Of a stretch of DNA of 27,235 nt, positions 9,245 through 17,083 are shown one piece after another; within the stretch, counting starts at the first letter, position 1; every line of letters begins with the position of its first letter. The position numbers were made by a program, and so were the translations under genes. The notes beneath the pieces were generated by a model. The model did not search any database, was not told the DNA's origin, and saw only the letters and a program-made list of their open reading frames with translations. Origin of the DNA: Verrucomicrobiales bacterium (GTDB lineage: Bacteria; Verrucomicrobiota; Verrucomicrobiia; Limisphaerales; UBA11320); NCBI GenBank assembly GCA_043745255.1, contig JAYTTC010000250.1, forward strand, positions 1-27,235, in the 5' to 3' direction.

Positions 9245-9733
9245 ATGAGAATCCCCCAAGCCATCTCGAAAATCTCAAAACGGAACCGCCACAGCTTGGG
9301 CTTCTCACTGGTGGAAGTCATGGTCTCCATGGCTATCGGAGGAGTGGGCATTGTGGCTTTGTACGGCAGCCTGGGTATGGGCACCAACATGCTTCAGTCT
9401 TCGCGCGAGAATCTGCGCGCGACTCAGATTTTGGTCGAAAAAATGGAGACTCTCCGTCTCTACACCTTCGATCAGGTTTGCAGCAACGGATTCATCCCTC
9501 TCACTTTTAGCATCCCGTTCGACCCTCAGTGGCAAACCAGCTCGACCAACTCATCGAGCAGCGTCACGTTTAGCGGTCGAGTGATCGTTACCAACGCCCC
9601 GGTAGCGGCGAGCTATCAATCGGATCTCAAACTGATCACGGTCGACCTGACTTGGACCTCCGGAGCACTGGTCCGGCACCGCGATCTCAGCACCCTCGTC
9701 TCTCGCCATGGACTTCAAACTTACATCTACTAG
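9245..9733 (+). CDS. Prepilin-type N-terminal cleavage/methylation protein (PilV/GspI-like minor pilin)
   Basis: KRNRHSLG|FSLVEVMVSMAI: basic leader, Gly-1, Phe+1, Glu+5, then a hydrophobic helix. Confidence 0.88.
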   Translation: MRIPQAISKISKRNRHSLGFSLVEVMVSMAIGGVGIVALYGSLGMGTNMLQSSRENLRATQILVEKMETLRLYTFDQVCSNGFIPLTFSIPFDPQWQTSSTNSSSSVTFSGRVIVTNAPVAASYQSDLKLITVDLTWTSGALVRHRDLSTLVSRHGLQTYIY

Positions 9734-10250
9734 ATCCCGGTCTGGCGGCTTCAGCTTGGCAGAAACGATGCTGGCGCTCGCGGCCACCACCATGCTCATG
9801 GGGACCTTCGGCATCTTCTCGCTCTACACCTCGAAGAACATTGCCTCGGCGGCCAACTATGTTGACCTCGAGACCGAGAGCAGGATGGCACTGGATCGCA
9901 TGTCTCAGGACATTCGCCAGGTCAACGGGGTCACCTCTTGCACGACGAATGAAATCGTTCTGGCGGACTACGACGGCACCTCCCTCTCGTTCACATTTGA
10001 TTCCAACACCCACACCCTCACCCGCACCAAGGGGATTACCTCGAAAATACTGCTGTCAGACTGTGAATCGCTCGGTTTCGCAATGTTTCAGCGAAACCCC
10101 GTCGCCGGCAGCTACGACGTCTATCCGGCAGCCGACACGTCCACTTGCAAGCTGGTCAGCGTACAGTGGGTGTGCGCTCGCAAGACGCTAGGCACTATTC
10201 GAAACAGCGAGAGTTCTCAAACCGCGAAGATCGTAATTCGGAAGCAGTGA
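9708..10250 (+). CDS. Prepilin-type protein (PilW/GspJ-like minor pilin)
   Basis: RSRSGG|FSLAETMLALA; the later ALDRMSQDIRQ segment resembles the PilW/GspJ helix. Overlaps the previous gene by 26 bp. Confidence 0.88.
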   Translation: MDFKLTSTRSRSGGFSLAETMLALAATTMLMGTFGIFSLYTSKNIASAANYVDLETESRMALDRMSQDIRQVNGVTSCTTNEIVLADYDGTSLSFTFDSNTHTLTRTKGITSKILLSDCESLGFAMFQRNPVAGSYDVYPAADTSTCKLVSVQWVCARKTLGTIRNSESSQTAKIVIRKQ

Positions 10251-10273
10251 CGTAATCCAAATCCCTCCAGCCT

Positions 10274-11542
10274 ATGAATCTTCAATTCAACCGGAAACGA
10301 CGACGCGACGGTGGTGCTCTGGTATTCACAGTGCTCACGGTCGCCGTGCTCTGCTTCTTGATGGCGAGCTATCTCTCGCTAGTGGGAGCCACCAATCAGT
10401 CAAGTTTCCGTTCTCTTGCCTGGAATAGCGCGATCCCGGTGGTTGAAGCAGGAATCGAGGAAGCCCTCGCCCATTTGAACAAGAATGGCTCGGTCTCGCT
10501 GATTGCGGACGGCTGGACGCAAGATTCCTCCGGGTATTCCAAGCGACTCCAGCTTGGAGATGCAGAGACCTACTCCCAGACGCACATCTCGCTGAATACC
10601 CCGCGAGTGATCCAGGCCCAGGGATTCGTTCGCGTTCCGCTCAGTGCGTGGAACTATGTTTCACGCAAGGTGGAGGTGAATACTCGTCTTGACTCGCTGT
10701 TCACCAAAGCGCTCGCCTCCAAGTCGCGGGTCGACCTGCATGGAAACAACCTAAGAGTCGACAGCTTCAATTCCGTCAACCCCAGCTTCAGCACGGGCGG
10801 ACTCTACGATCCCTATAAGTCCGAACAAAAAGGAGACATCGCAGCCACGGCAGGCCTCGTAAATTCCCAGAACATCGGGAGTGCGGAGGTCTATGGAAAC
10901 ATTGCCACTGGCCCCGGCGGTACAGTTGCCCTGGGAACTCAGGGCTTGATGACCGGCACCGTGACCGACGACATGAATGTGACCTTCCCCGACGTTGAGC
11001 GGCCTTTCGCCACCGCACCCTCGCCCAGCTTCGGTATTTCAGGCGGTGGCTATACCCTCGTGCTGTCTTCCGGAGACTGGCAGATCAACGGCAACCTAAG
11101 CATGAACGGTAGCTACGGACCCATTCTCGTCACGGGCAACGCGCGTCTCCTGGTCACCGGCGATATTAACCTCACCAGCACAGCCGCAATCGAGATTGCC
11201 ACTAACGCCACTCTTAAACTCTACGTCGGAGGTGCCACCGCCATCTTGGGTGGAACAGGGATCGTTAATGACGGAGGAAATGCGTCGCAATTCCAGTACT
11301 ACGGATTGCCCACCAACACGCGCGTGGACTATCAGGGCACCACTCCGTTCACCGGGGTCATTTACGCGCCGAACGCCGATCTCACACTCGGCAACGGAGG
11401 GAGCAATACTTACGAGTTCGTCGGGGCAGCGACCACCAAGAGCACCACCTTGAAGGGACATCATAACATGCACTACGACGAAAACCTCAGCCGCAGCGCC
11501 CCCTTTCGCGGTTATGTCGCCGTATCGTGGAACGAGATCTAA
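10274..11542 (+). CDS. PilX/GspK-like pilin with a large Gly/Thr/Asn-rich C-terminal domain
   Basis: RKRRRDGGALVFTVLTVAVL has no Glu+5. It is followed by AI..VEAGIEEALA.LN (PilX N-terminal helix) and a beta-rich tail (FTGVIYAPNADLTLG..., HYDENL). Confidence 0.82.
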   Translation: MNLQFNRKRRRDGGALVFTVLTVAVLCFLMASYLSLVGATNQSSFRSLAWNSAIPVVEAGIEEALAHLNKNGSVSLIADGWTQDSSGYSKRLQLGDAETYSQTHISLNTPRVIQAQGFVRVPLSAWNYVSRKVEVNTRLDSLFTKALASKSRVDLHGNNLRVDSFNSVNPSFSTGGLYDPYKSEQKGDIAATAGLVNSQNIGSAEVYGNIATGPGGTVALGTQGLMTGTVTDDMNVTFPDVERPFATAPSPSFGISGGGYTLVLSSGDWQINGNLSMNGSYGPILVTGNARLLVTGDINLTSTAAIEIATNATLKLYVGGATAILGGTGIVNDGGNASQFQYYGLPTNTRVDYQGTTPFTGVIYAPNADLTLGNGGSNTYEFVGAATTKSTTLKGHHNMHYDENLSRSAPFRGYVAVSWNEI

Positions 11543-12318
11543 CGGGCCGCCGGTTGGCCCACAGGCGCGGGAGAAACTCGTTCTTTCCAGACCTCTTTGG
11601 AAAGCGAATCTCGCGGCTGAACTCACGCGCGAGCCATTGACGTGGCCGATCAAGCGGCTCAGGCAGGGCGGGCATTCCTACCGCCCCACCTGAGCGCTCT
11701 CACCTTGGCGTCTGGAGAACTACCTGAGAAGAAATCGACTCGGTGACTGGAAGCCCCCGAACCCAAAATCCTGCGGCGCTCACACCGGAGTAGCCTCGAC
11801 AAAGCATCAGAGCCGGAAGTCCAGCTCGGAAACGCCGCCCCCCGGCTCAGGTGTGGAGCGAGTCCACGCCTGAGAGGGAAGTCAGCGACAAAAGCGCGCA
11901 CGGAGGCAGGCAAAGCTCCCCCTGCAAATGGGCAGGCGGAGGAAGAGGAAGAACTTTTTGAATCCTGAGGGCTGCTGCATCCCATCCAGTGAATCGGAGA
12001 GACCAATGAGGAGGGTTGCGCGCTTCGGAGGCAGCGGGCTTTTCTCAAGAGAACACCGGTGGAGGTGTTTGAGTTCACATGACCCCGAGCGCAATATGTA
12101 TGCCGGGTTTAGAAATGCGCAAAAAACCCGCTTTTCCAAGGCTTCTCATCAAACCCTAGAAGAGAGTTGCGCGAGGTTCACGCGGCAGTGCGTGGCCCGT
12201 GCACTCCGCCATTCTTCCAAGCACGAATCTCATTCCAGACGGCAGAACCGGCCCAGGCCCATATTTTTGTCGTTAATCCCCATCCCCTCCCCCCTTCGTG
12301 TCTGCCCGCTGCAGTTCT

Positions 12319-12341
12319 GTAGCGTGGGCCGTATCGGCCCA
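12319..12341 (+). repeat. GTAG-family REP-like element, type A (solo copy)
   Basis: GTAG-CG-TGGGCCG-TAT-CGGCCCA. The 40 bp 12308-12347 are an exact reverse complement of 25960-25999. Confidence 0.8.
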
Positions 12342-12532
12342 TCCCCGCCCGATCTCGATCTTCTACCGAAGGTAACAAAGAGGGGCAGGGCGAAATGGCC
12401 TTTGGTCCGTCGAACTTCAGCGCCAACGGCGCGGCCTCATTCCAGCCTGGGCCATCGGCCCAGGTATCGAAACTGCCGCTCCAACGCGCTACGGCTTGCT
12501 AAGGCGGCATCGATCCCTCCAGAGTTCCGTGT

Positions 12533-14134
12533 GTGCTCCGATCCCAGTTAAGAGAACCGCTCGCACGGACTCGCTCGATCGCCCAGATCCTTCTGCCGGT
12601 GGTATCGATCGCCTGGACTCTAAGCACGGTGTCTGGTTCTGAACTCGAGCAATCGCTCAAGGCCATATCCTTTACCGGTCTCCTCGCGGTGCTCGGTTTG
12701 TCCTTTCTCCAGTCGATTCTTGAAGCGACAGGCTGGCACCACACCCTGCGCTACCATCGTGCCTCGGCGCACCTGGGTGCCACCATCCGCACGCTCCTCC
12801 TCGACCGTTACGCTGAGCTCACTCGATGCCCGCCCGCCCGCTGGCAGCGCGGCCGGGCGGAGACCTACGTTCGCAGGTTCGATCAGGACCCTAGCGCCGC
12901 CCAGCGAGCCGTCTTAGACCATTTCTTCCTGCAATCGCTCGCCGCGCTTTCCATCGGATGCGTGGGGTGGCTGCTTCTTCCCGAACTCACAAACCGCGAA
13001 GTGGACGCGGCAGGCCGAGTGATCGGATGGCTTTTTCTGGCCGCGGTTCTGCTGGAATGGATCGGTCGACTTATGGAATGGCACAGAGGTGCCACGCGAC
13101 CGGGCCGCGACCGAGGCGAGTTACGCTCTGCCTTCGTCTACGCGTTATCGGAACAAGCCATGGGCGGTATCGTTTTCTGGGTGAGCCTTCGTGCTGCAGG
13201 CGCGCTGACAGTGCCGTGGACGACGTTCATCGCAGTGACCGCTGTCTCGCGAATCGCAACCTTGGGGGGTCGGTCTATGGACGGTTGGGGCGTACGGGAA
13301 TTTCTGTTCGTTGCAGTCCTTCCTCTGAGCGCTCTACCGCCCGTGATCATTCTGAGCTCAGGGTTCCTGATCCTAGCGTCCCACGCTAGCGTGGGGGTGA
13401 TCTCTTGGATCGCCGCCCAACGCGAGGAGCAGCGACGCTGCGATCTATCCCTCACCCCGGTTCGGTCCATCAGCGTCGTCATCCCCACCCTCAACGAGGC
13501 CGCCGGAATCGCTGAAACGATCCGTCGCGCCAGAAGGATCCCCGAAGTCTGTGAGCTGATCCTGGTGGACGGGGGCAGTCAGGATGACACTGCGGAGGTG
13601 GGCGCAGTGGAGGGGTGTCGCGTGCTGCACGCTCCTGCGGGTCGCGGTGGCCAACTGCGCGCCGGTGCGCTGGCCGCGAAAGGTGACGTCATTCTCCTGT
13701 TGCACGCCGACACCTGGCTTCAGGCGGACGCGGGCGTGGCAGTGCTTCAGTGTTTCAAGGATCGAACCGTAGTGGCCGGCGGCTTTTGGAAGAGCTTTCG
13801 AAACACACCCCTGCTGTTGCTCGGCTCCCGACCCAAATGCGCGGTCCGGTTGTTCCTCGGAAGAAGAATCGTCGGCGATATGGCTATGTTCGTTCGACGG
13901 GACGTGCTCGTAAAAATTGGCGGGGTCCCAGCAATGGAGTTGATGGAAGATTTCGAGCTCTCAAAACGATTGCGTCATGAGGGCCGATTGGCGCTAGCAG
14001 ATAGCACGGTGACCACTTCAGCACGACGGTTTCGGCAGAAGGGCGTCCTTCCCACCTACCTCAAGATGTGGAGAGTGGCAACGCTCTATCGCTTGGGCAA
14101 ATCACCGGCAGATCTGCGCAGAATCTACGGCTGA
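12533..14134 (+). CDS. Fusion: divergent lysylphosphatidylglycerol-synthase-TM (UPF0104/flippase-like) region plus TIGR04283-type family 2 glycosyltransferase
   Basis: The C-terminal part has ISVVIPTLNE, VDGGSQD, GRG.Q..AGA, LLLHADT, GD(M), MEDFELS.RL, TSARR and L..LG.SP..L...Y. The N-terminal part has several TM segments and S.DGWGVRE. The start codon is uncertain (GTG 12533; in-frame stop at 12500-12502). Confidence 0.8.
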   Translation: MLRSQLREPLARTRSIAQILLPVVSIAWTLSTVSGSELEQSLKAISFTGLLAVLGLSFLQSILEATGWHHTLRYHRASAHLGATIRTLLLDRYAELTRCPPARWQRGRAETYVRRFDQDPSAAQRAVLDHFFLQSLAALSIGCVGWLLLPELTNREVDAAGRVIGWLFLAAVLLEWIGRLMEWHRGATRPGRDRGELRSAFVYALSEQAMGGIVFWVSLRAAGALTVPWTTFIAVTAVSRIATLGGRSMDGWGVREFLFVAVLPLSALPPVIILSSGFLILASHASVGVISWIAAQREEQRRCDLSLTPVRSISVVIPTLNEAAGIAETIRRARRIPEVCELILVDGGSQDDTAEVGAVEGCRVLHAPAGRGGQLRAGALAAKGDVILLLHADTWLQADAGVAVLQCFKDRTVVAGGFWKSFRNTPLLLLGSRPKCAVRLFLGRRIVGDMAMFVRRDVLVKIGGVPAMELMEDFELSKRLRHEGRLALADSTVTTSARRFRQKGVLPTYLKMWRVATLYRLGKSPADLRRIYG

Positions 14135-14152
14135 TCCGAGGAAACGCCGCCC

Positions 14153-14332
14153 TTACCAGACCTGGACAGAATCGGCGGCAAAGATGCGTTTCACCAGACT
14201 GCGATAGTCGGGGTCGGGCTGCGAGAGATCCACGCACTCAATCTCGTGAGTGCCGAGCAGTCGCTGCTCCGCGATGATCTCCTGGGCCAGCGAGTCAGTA
14301 GGTCGAGTCAGCAGATTCAGAATGGTGGGCAT
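14153..14332 (-). CDS. Small DsrH/TusB-like protein (59 aa, absent from the ORF track)
   Basis: Translated by hand: MPTILNLLTRPTDSLAQEIIAEQRLLGTHEIECVDLSQPDPDYRSLVKRIFAADSVQVW*. The C-terminal DY..LV..I...D.V..W resembles DsrH/TusB. It starts 5 bp after the DsrF-like stop, in E-F-H order. Confidence 0.75.
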   Translation of the reverse strand: MPTILNLLTRPTDSLAQEIIAEQRLLGTHEIECVDLSQPDPDYRSLVKRIFAADSVQVW

Positions 14333-14337
14333 GGAGA

Positions 14338-14688
14338 TTAAAAACGAAGGACGTATTGGTGCCGTGCCGAGAGCGCTGCGAGCTGATCGTCCGCGATCTC
14401 TTCGAAGGCGAGGGACGCCTGTCCCAACTCTCGGAGCAAGGGCGCACCTTTTTGCACATAGATCGAGTGCCCAAATTCTCCGACGATGGGAAAGTATCGG
14501 GTGTAATTGTCCTCATCGATCAAGTCGTCGGGAAACTCGCTGAGCGCGAGCACGCCTGCGTCGCGAAGATACACCGAGACCTCGACCTTCTTCCACGTGC
14601 CGACGCCAGCGGCGATGCGAATTGCCTCGGCGGGTCGGGCGCTGGAGCGAGGATCGCTCGAGATGATAAACAACACGCTGGGTTTCAT
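14338..14688 (-). CDS. DsrF/TusC-like protein (DsrE/DsrF family)
   Basis: MKPSVLFIISSDP...AEAIRIAAG...VSVYLRDAGV.AL...YV.......; no Cys; ends VLRF. ATG at 14688. Confidence 0.8.
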   Translation of the reverse strand: MKPSVLFIISSDPRSSARPAEAIRIAAGVGTWKKVEVSVYLRDAGVLALSEFPDDLIDEDNYTRYFPIVGEFGHSIYVQKGAPLLRELGQASLAFEEIADDQLAALSARHQYVLRF

Positions 14689-14698
14689 TGGCTTGGTC

Positions 14699-15016
14699 TT
14701 AGTTAAAACTGACGAAGCGGTCGGTGCTGGCAATAAGATCATTGACCACCGTCAGTCCGGCGAAAGTGGCCTGCTCACCCAACGGAATGTTCCGGCGCTG
14801 CGCGCCGTAAGCACAGGCATAGACAATCAGGCCGTCGGTTCTCAGAGCTTGAAGCTCGGGATCCTCCACCCCGGCGACGGCATCATCGATGCAGTAGAGA
14901 TAAACGGTCACTCCTTCTTCGAGGGCCGCAGCCGCCGTGCGAAGCCCCTGCCGAAAGCTCGGAAGGGAAGGGGCGGAGGAGAGCAGCAGCCCGAGTTTTT
15001 TTCCGCGCAGAGACAT
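14699..15016 (-). CDS. DsrE/TusD-like sulfur carrier protein
   Basis: LGLLLSS.P, V.LY.IDDAV, YACAYGAQRRNI (the Cys aligns with the DsrE/TusD persulfide Cys), GL..V.DLIASTDRFVSF. Confidence 0.85.
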   Translation of the reverse strand: MSLRGKKLGLLLSSAPSLPSFRQGLRTAAAALEEGVTVYLYCIDDAVAGVEDPELQALRTDGLIVYACAYGAQRRNIPLGEQATFAGLTVVNDLIASTDRFVSFN

Positions 15017-15021
15017 GTCTG

Positions 15022-15051
15022 AAGCTAGGGAAGCGCAGACCTCCGTGTCAA
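15022..15051 (-). promoter_or_regulatory. Candidate sigma70 promoter for the dsrE-like gene (near-leaderless)
   Basis: On the minus strand: TTGACA (15051-15046), 18 bp spacer, TAGCTT (15027-15022), then 5 nt to the ATG at 15016. No Shine-Dalgarno sequence. Confidence 0.5.
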
Positions 15052-15209
15052 ACTCCCCCGAGAGTCGTCCGCGTTCTCGAGAAACAGCCGGTCATCCATT
15101 CAAAGTGAGAACATCTTCGGAATCTGCGCACACCCCTCAACGAAATCCCACCCTACTTTTTCTTCTCACCGCACGATCCTTCGCCCACACTCCGTTTCGA
15201 ATTTTATCT

Positions 15210-16388
15210 ATGAGCAAGAAACCAGCGCATCCGCTCTCAAAGAGGTTCGCCTCTTACCCGCGTCTCAACCCGCTCGGCATCGGCACCCGCATCTCGGCGG
15301 CCGACCTGGTCGACCACACCCTGCTTGCCTACAACGGCGGCCGACTTCGCGAAGCCGCGCAGCTCCTCGCCCGGAAGATGCTTCCTGAAAACGGATATAT
15401 CGGACTCAGTCTCACTGGTGCTCTCACCCCGGCGGGTCTTGGCAAGAGCTGCCTGATCCCTCTCATGAAGGCCGGGTTCATCGACTGGATTGTCTCCACT
15501 GGAGCCAATCTCTACCACGATCTCCACTTCGGCCTCGACATGGCACTGCATCGCGGGAGCCCGTTCCTCGATGATGTCGTGCTTCATCAGGAAGGCGTGA
15601 TCCGCATCTACGACGTGCTCTTCGATTACAATGTGCTTCTGGATACCGACGAGTTTGTGCGCGAGGTCATCCAGGGACCCGAGTTTCAGCGCCCGCTCGG
15701 GACGGACGAGTTTCACTACCTGCTCGGCAGATATGTGCACGCCCGCGGCCGCAAACTCGGCTTGAAGGACTCGAGCGTCCTGGCCACCGCCTATGAGTGC
15801 AGCATCCCCATCTTCACCAGCAGCCCGGGAGACAGCTCGATCGGAATGAACGTCGCCGCCATGTCCATGCGCGGCTCGAAACTCACCTTCGATGTGAACC
15901 GCGACGTAAACCAGTCGGCGGCCATCGTCTACGAGGCGAAGTCCACTGGACACAACAGCAGCGTGCTCATCTTCGGGGGTGGGAGCCCAAAGAATTTCAT
16001 GCTCCAGACCGAGCCGCAGATTCAGGAAGTCATGGGGATTGCAGAAAAAGGACATGACTATTTCCTGCAGTGCACAGATGCCAGACCCGACACCGGTGGA
16101 CTCAGCGGAGCCACCCCGGCCGAGGCGGTCAGTTGGGGCAAAGTGGACCCCGACAAACTTCCCGATTCGGTGGTCTGCTACACCGACACCACGCTGGCGA
16201 TGCCACTGCTCACGGCCTATGTGCTAAATCGAGTGAAGGCGCGAAAACAAAAACGGCTTTACGACCGACGCGACGCGATTCTCGATTGCGTGCAGAGGCG
16301 CTATCTGGCCATCGGCACGGTCTCGAAGATCAAGACCAGCCGGAAGATCGCCAAGCGCTCAAGCAGTATCGGAATCAAAAAGAAATAA
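15210..16388 (+). CDS. Deoxyhypusine synthase-like / homospermidine biosynthesis protein (SpeY-like)
   Basis: SLTGALTPAGLG, DWIVSTGANLYHD, IFTSSPGDSSIG, GGGSPKNF, DARPDTGGLSGAT..EAVSWGK (catalytic Lys retained). ATG at 15210. Confidence 0.9.
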   Translation: MSKKPAHPLSKRFASYPRLNPLGIGTRISAADLVDHTLLAYNGGRLREAAQLLARKMLPENGYIGLSLTGALTPAGLGKSCLIPLMKAGFIDWIVSTGANLYHDLHFGLDMALHRGSPFLDDVVLHQEGVIRIYDVLFDYNVLLDTDEFVREVIQGPEFQRPLGTDEFHYLLGRYVHARGRKLGLKDSSVLATAYECSIPIFTSSPGDSSIGMNVAAMSMRGSKLTFDVNRDVNQSAAIVYEAKSTGHNSSVLIFGGGSPKNFMLQTEPQIQEVMGIAEKGHDYFLQCTDARPDTGGLSGATPAEAVSWGKVDPDKLPDSVVCYTDTTLAMPLLTAYVLNRVKARKQKRLYDRRDAILDCVQRRYLAIGTVSKIKTSRKIAKRSSSIGIKKK

Positions 16389-16437
16389 ACTCCGCCCCCT
16401 TTTCCAACACCTGCACTGGCTGGCCTGAGATTCCCGT

Positions 16438-17076
16438 ATGAACGACGACTACATCGCGCGGAAGGAGCGGTGGGCCCGCAAGATGGCCGGCAAGGCCAGC
16501 GCGACCGCGCGGTCCGAGGATCGTCTGCCGCCGGGCCAGCGCCAGGTCCATAACTTTCCGGTACTCGACCTCGGCATCCAGCCCGAGGTCCCTCTAGACA
16601 AATGGGAATTGAAGATCCATGGGCAAGTGGAGAACCCGGTCACCTTGAATTGGACCCAGTTCCTGGATCTTCCCTTATTCCGCGACCTCAGCGACTTCCA
16701 TTGCGTCACCACCTGGAGCCAATTTGACATGGCTTGGGAGGGGGTCGCCTTCTTCACCCTGGCCGATCTAGTGAAGCCAAAACAGGAGGCGAGCCATCTC
16801 CATTTTAAGAGCTACGACGGCTATTCCACAAATACCCCATTGTCTGCCTGTCTGGATGAGGACGTCCTCATCGCTCACACCTGGAACGGCAAGCCGCTCA
16901 CCAAAGAGCACGGCGGGCCTGCAAGGATGATCGTTCCCAAACTCTACGCCTGGAAAGGCGCGAAGTGGGTGCGCGAAATCATCTTCCTCGATCGCGATCT
17001 CCTCGGTTTTTGGGAGCTTCGCGGCTACTCCAATACCGCTGACCCTCGCTCGGAAGAGCGTTTCGCAAATCCTTAG
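16438..17076 (+). CDS. Sulfite oxidase-like molybdopterin-binding oxidoreductase (MsrP/YuiH-like catalytic subunit, no Tat signal)
   Basis: RLPPGQ, FPVLDLG, DFHCVT.WS (Mo-ligand Cys), DGYSTN, EHGGP.R..VP.LYAWKGAKWV, GFWE.RGY...ADP..EERF. Confidence 0.9.
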   Translation: MNDDYIARKERWARKMAGKASATARSEDRLPPGQRQVHNFPVLDLGIQPEVPLDKWELKIHGQVENPVTLNWTQFLDLPLFRDLSDFHCVTTWSQFDMAWEGVAFFTLADLVKPKQEASHLHFKSYDGYSTNTPLSACLDEDVLIAHTWNGKPLTKEHGGPARMIVPKLYAWKGAKWVREIIFLDRDLLGFWELRGYSNTADPRSEERFANP

Positions 17077-17083
17077 GTAGTCA

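Noticed and set aside
11659-12078. 139-aa minus-strand ORF and other ORFs in the 1 kb spacer
   Set aside because: GTG start, low-complexity Ser/Arg composition, no recognisable motif, and several mutually overlapping ORFs of equal weakness.
11870-12115. RNase P RNA-like words (GAGGGAAGTC on plus; AAACCCGGCATA on minus)
   Set aside because: The two words are on opposite strands and neither matches the conserved P4 elements well.
14937-15209. N-terminal extensions given by the ORF track (also 6357, 7307, 8392, 9095, 22626, 23952 and minus-strand 14742)
   Set aside because: They overlap upstream genes or promoters. Homology motifs, signal peptides and ATGA couplings point to the downstream starts used here.
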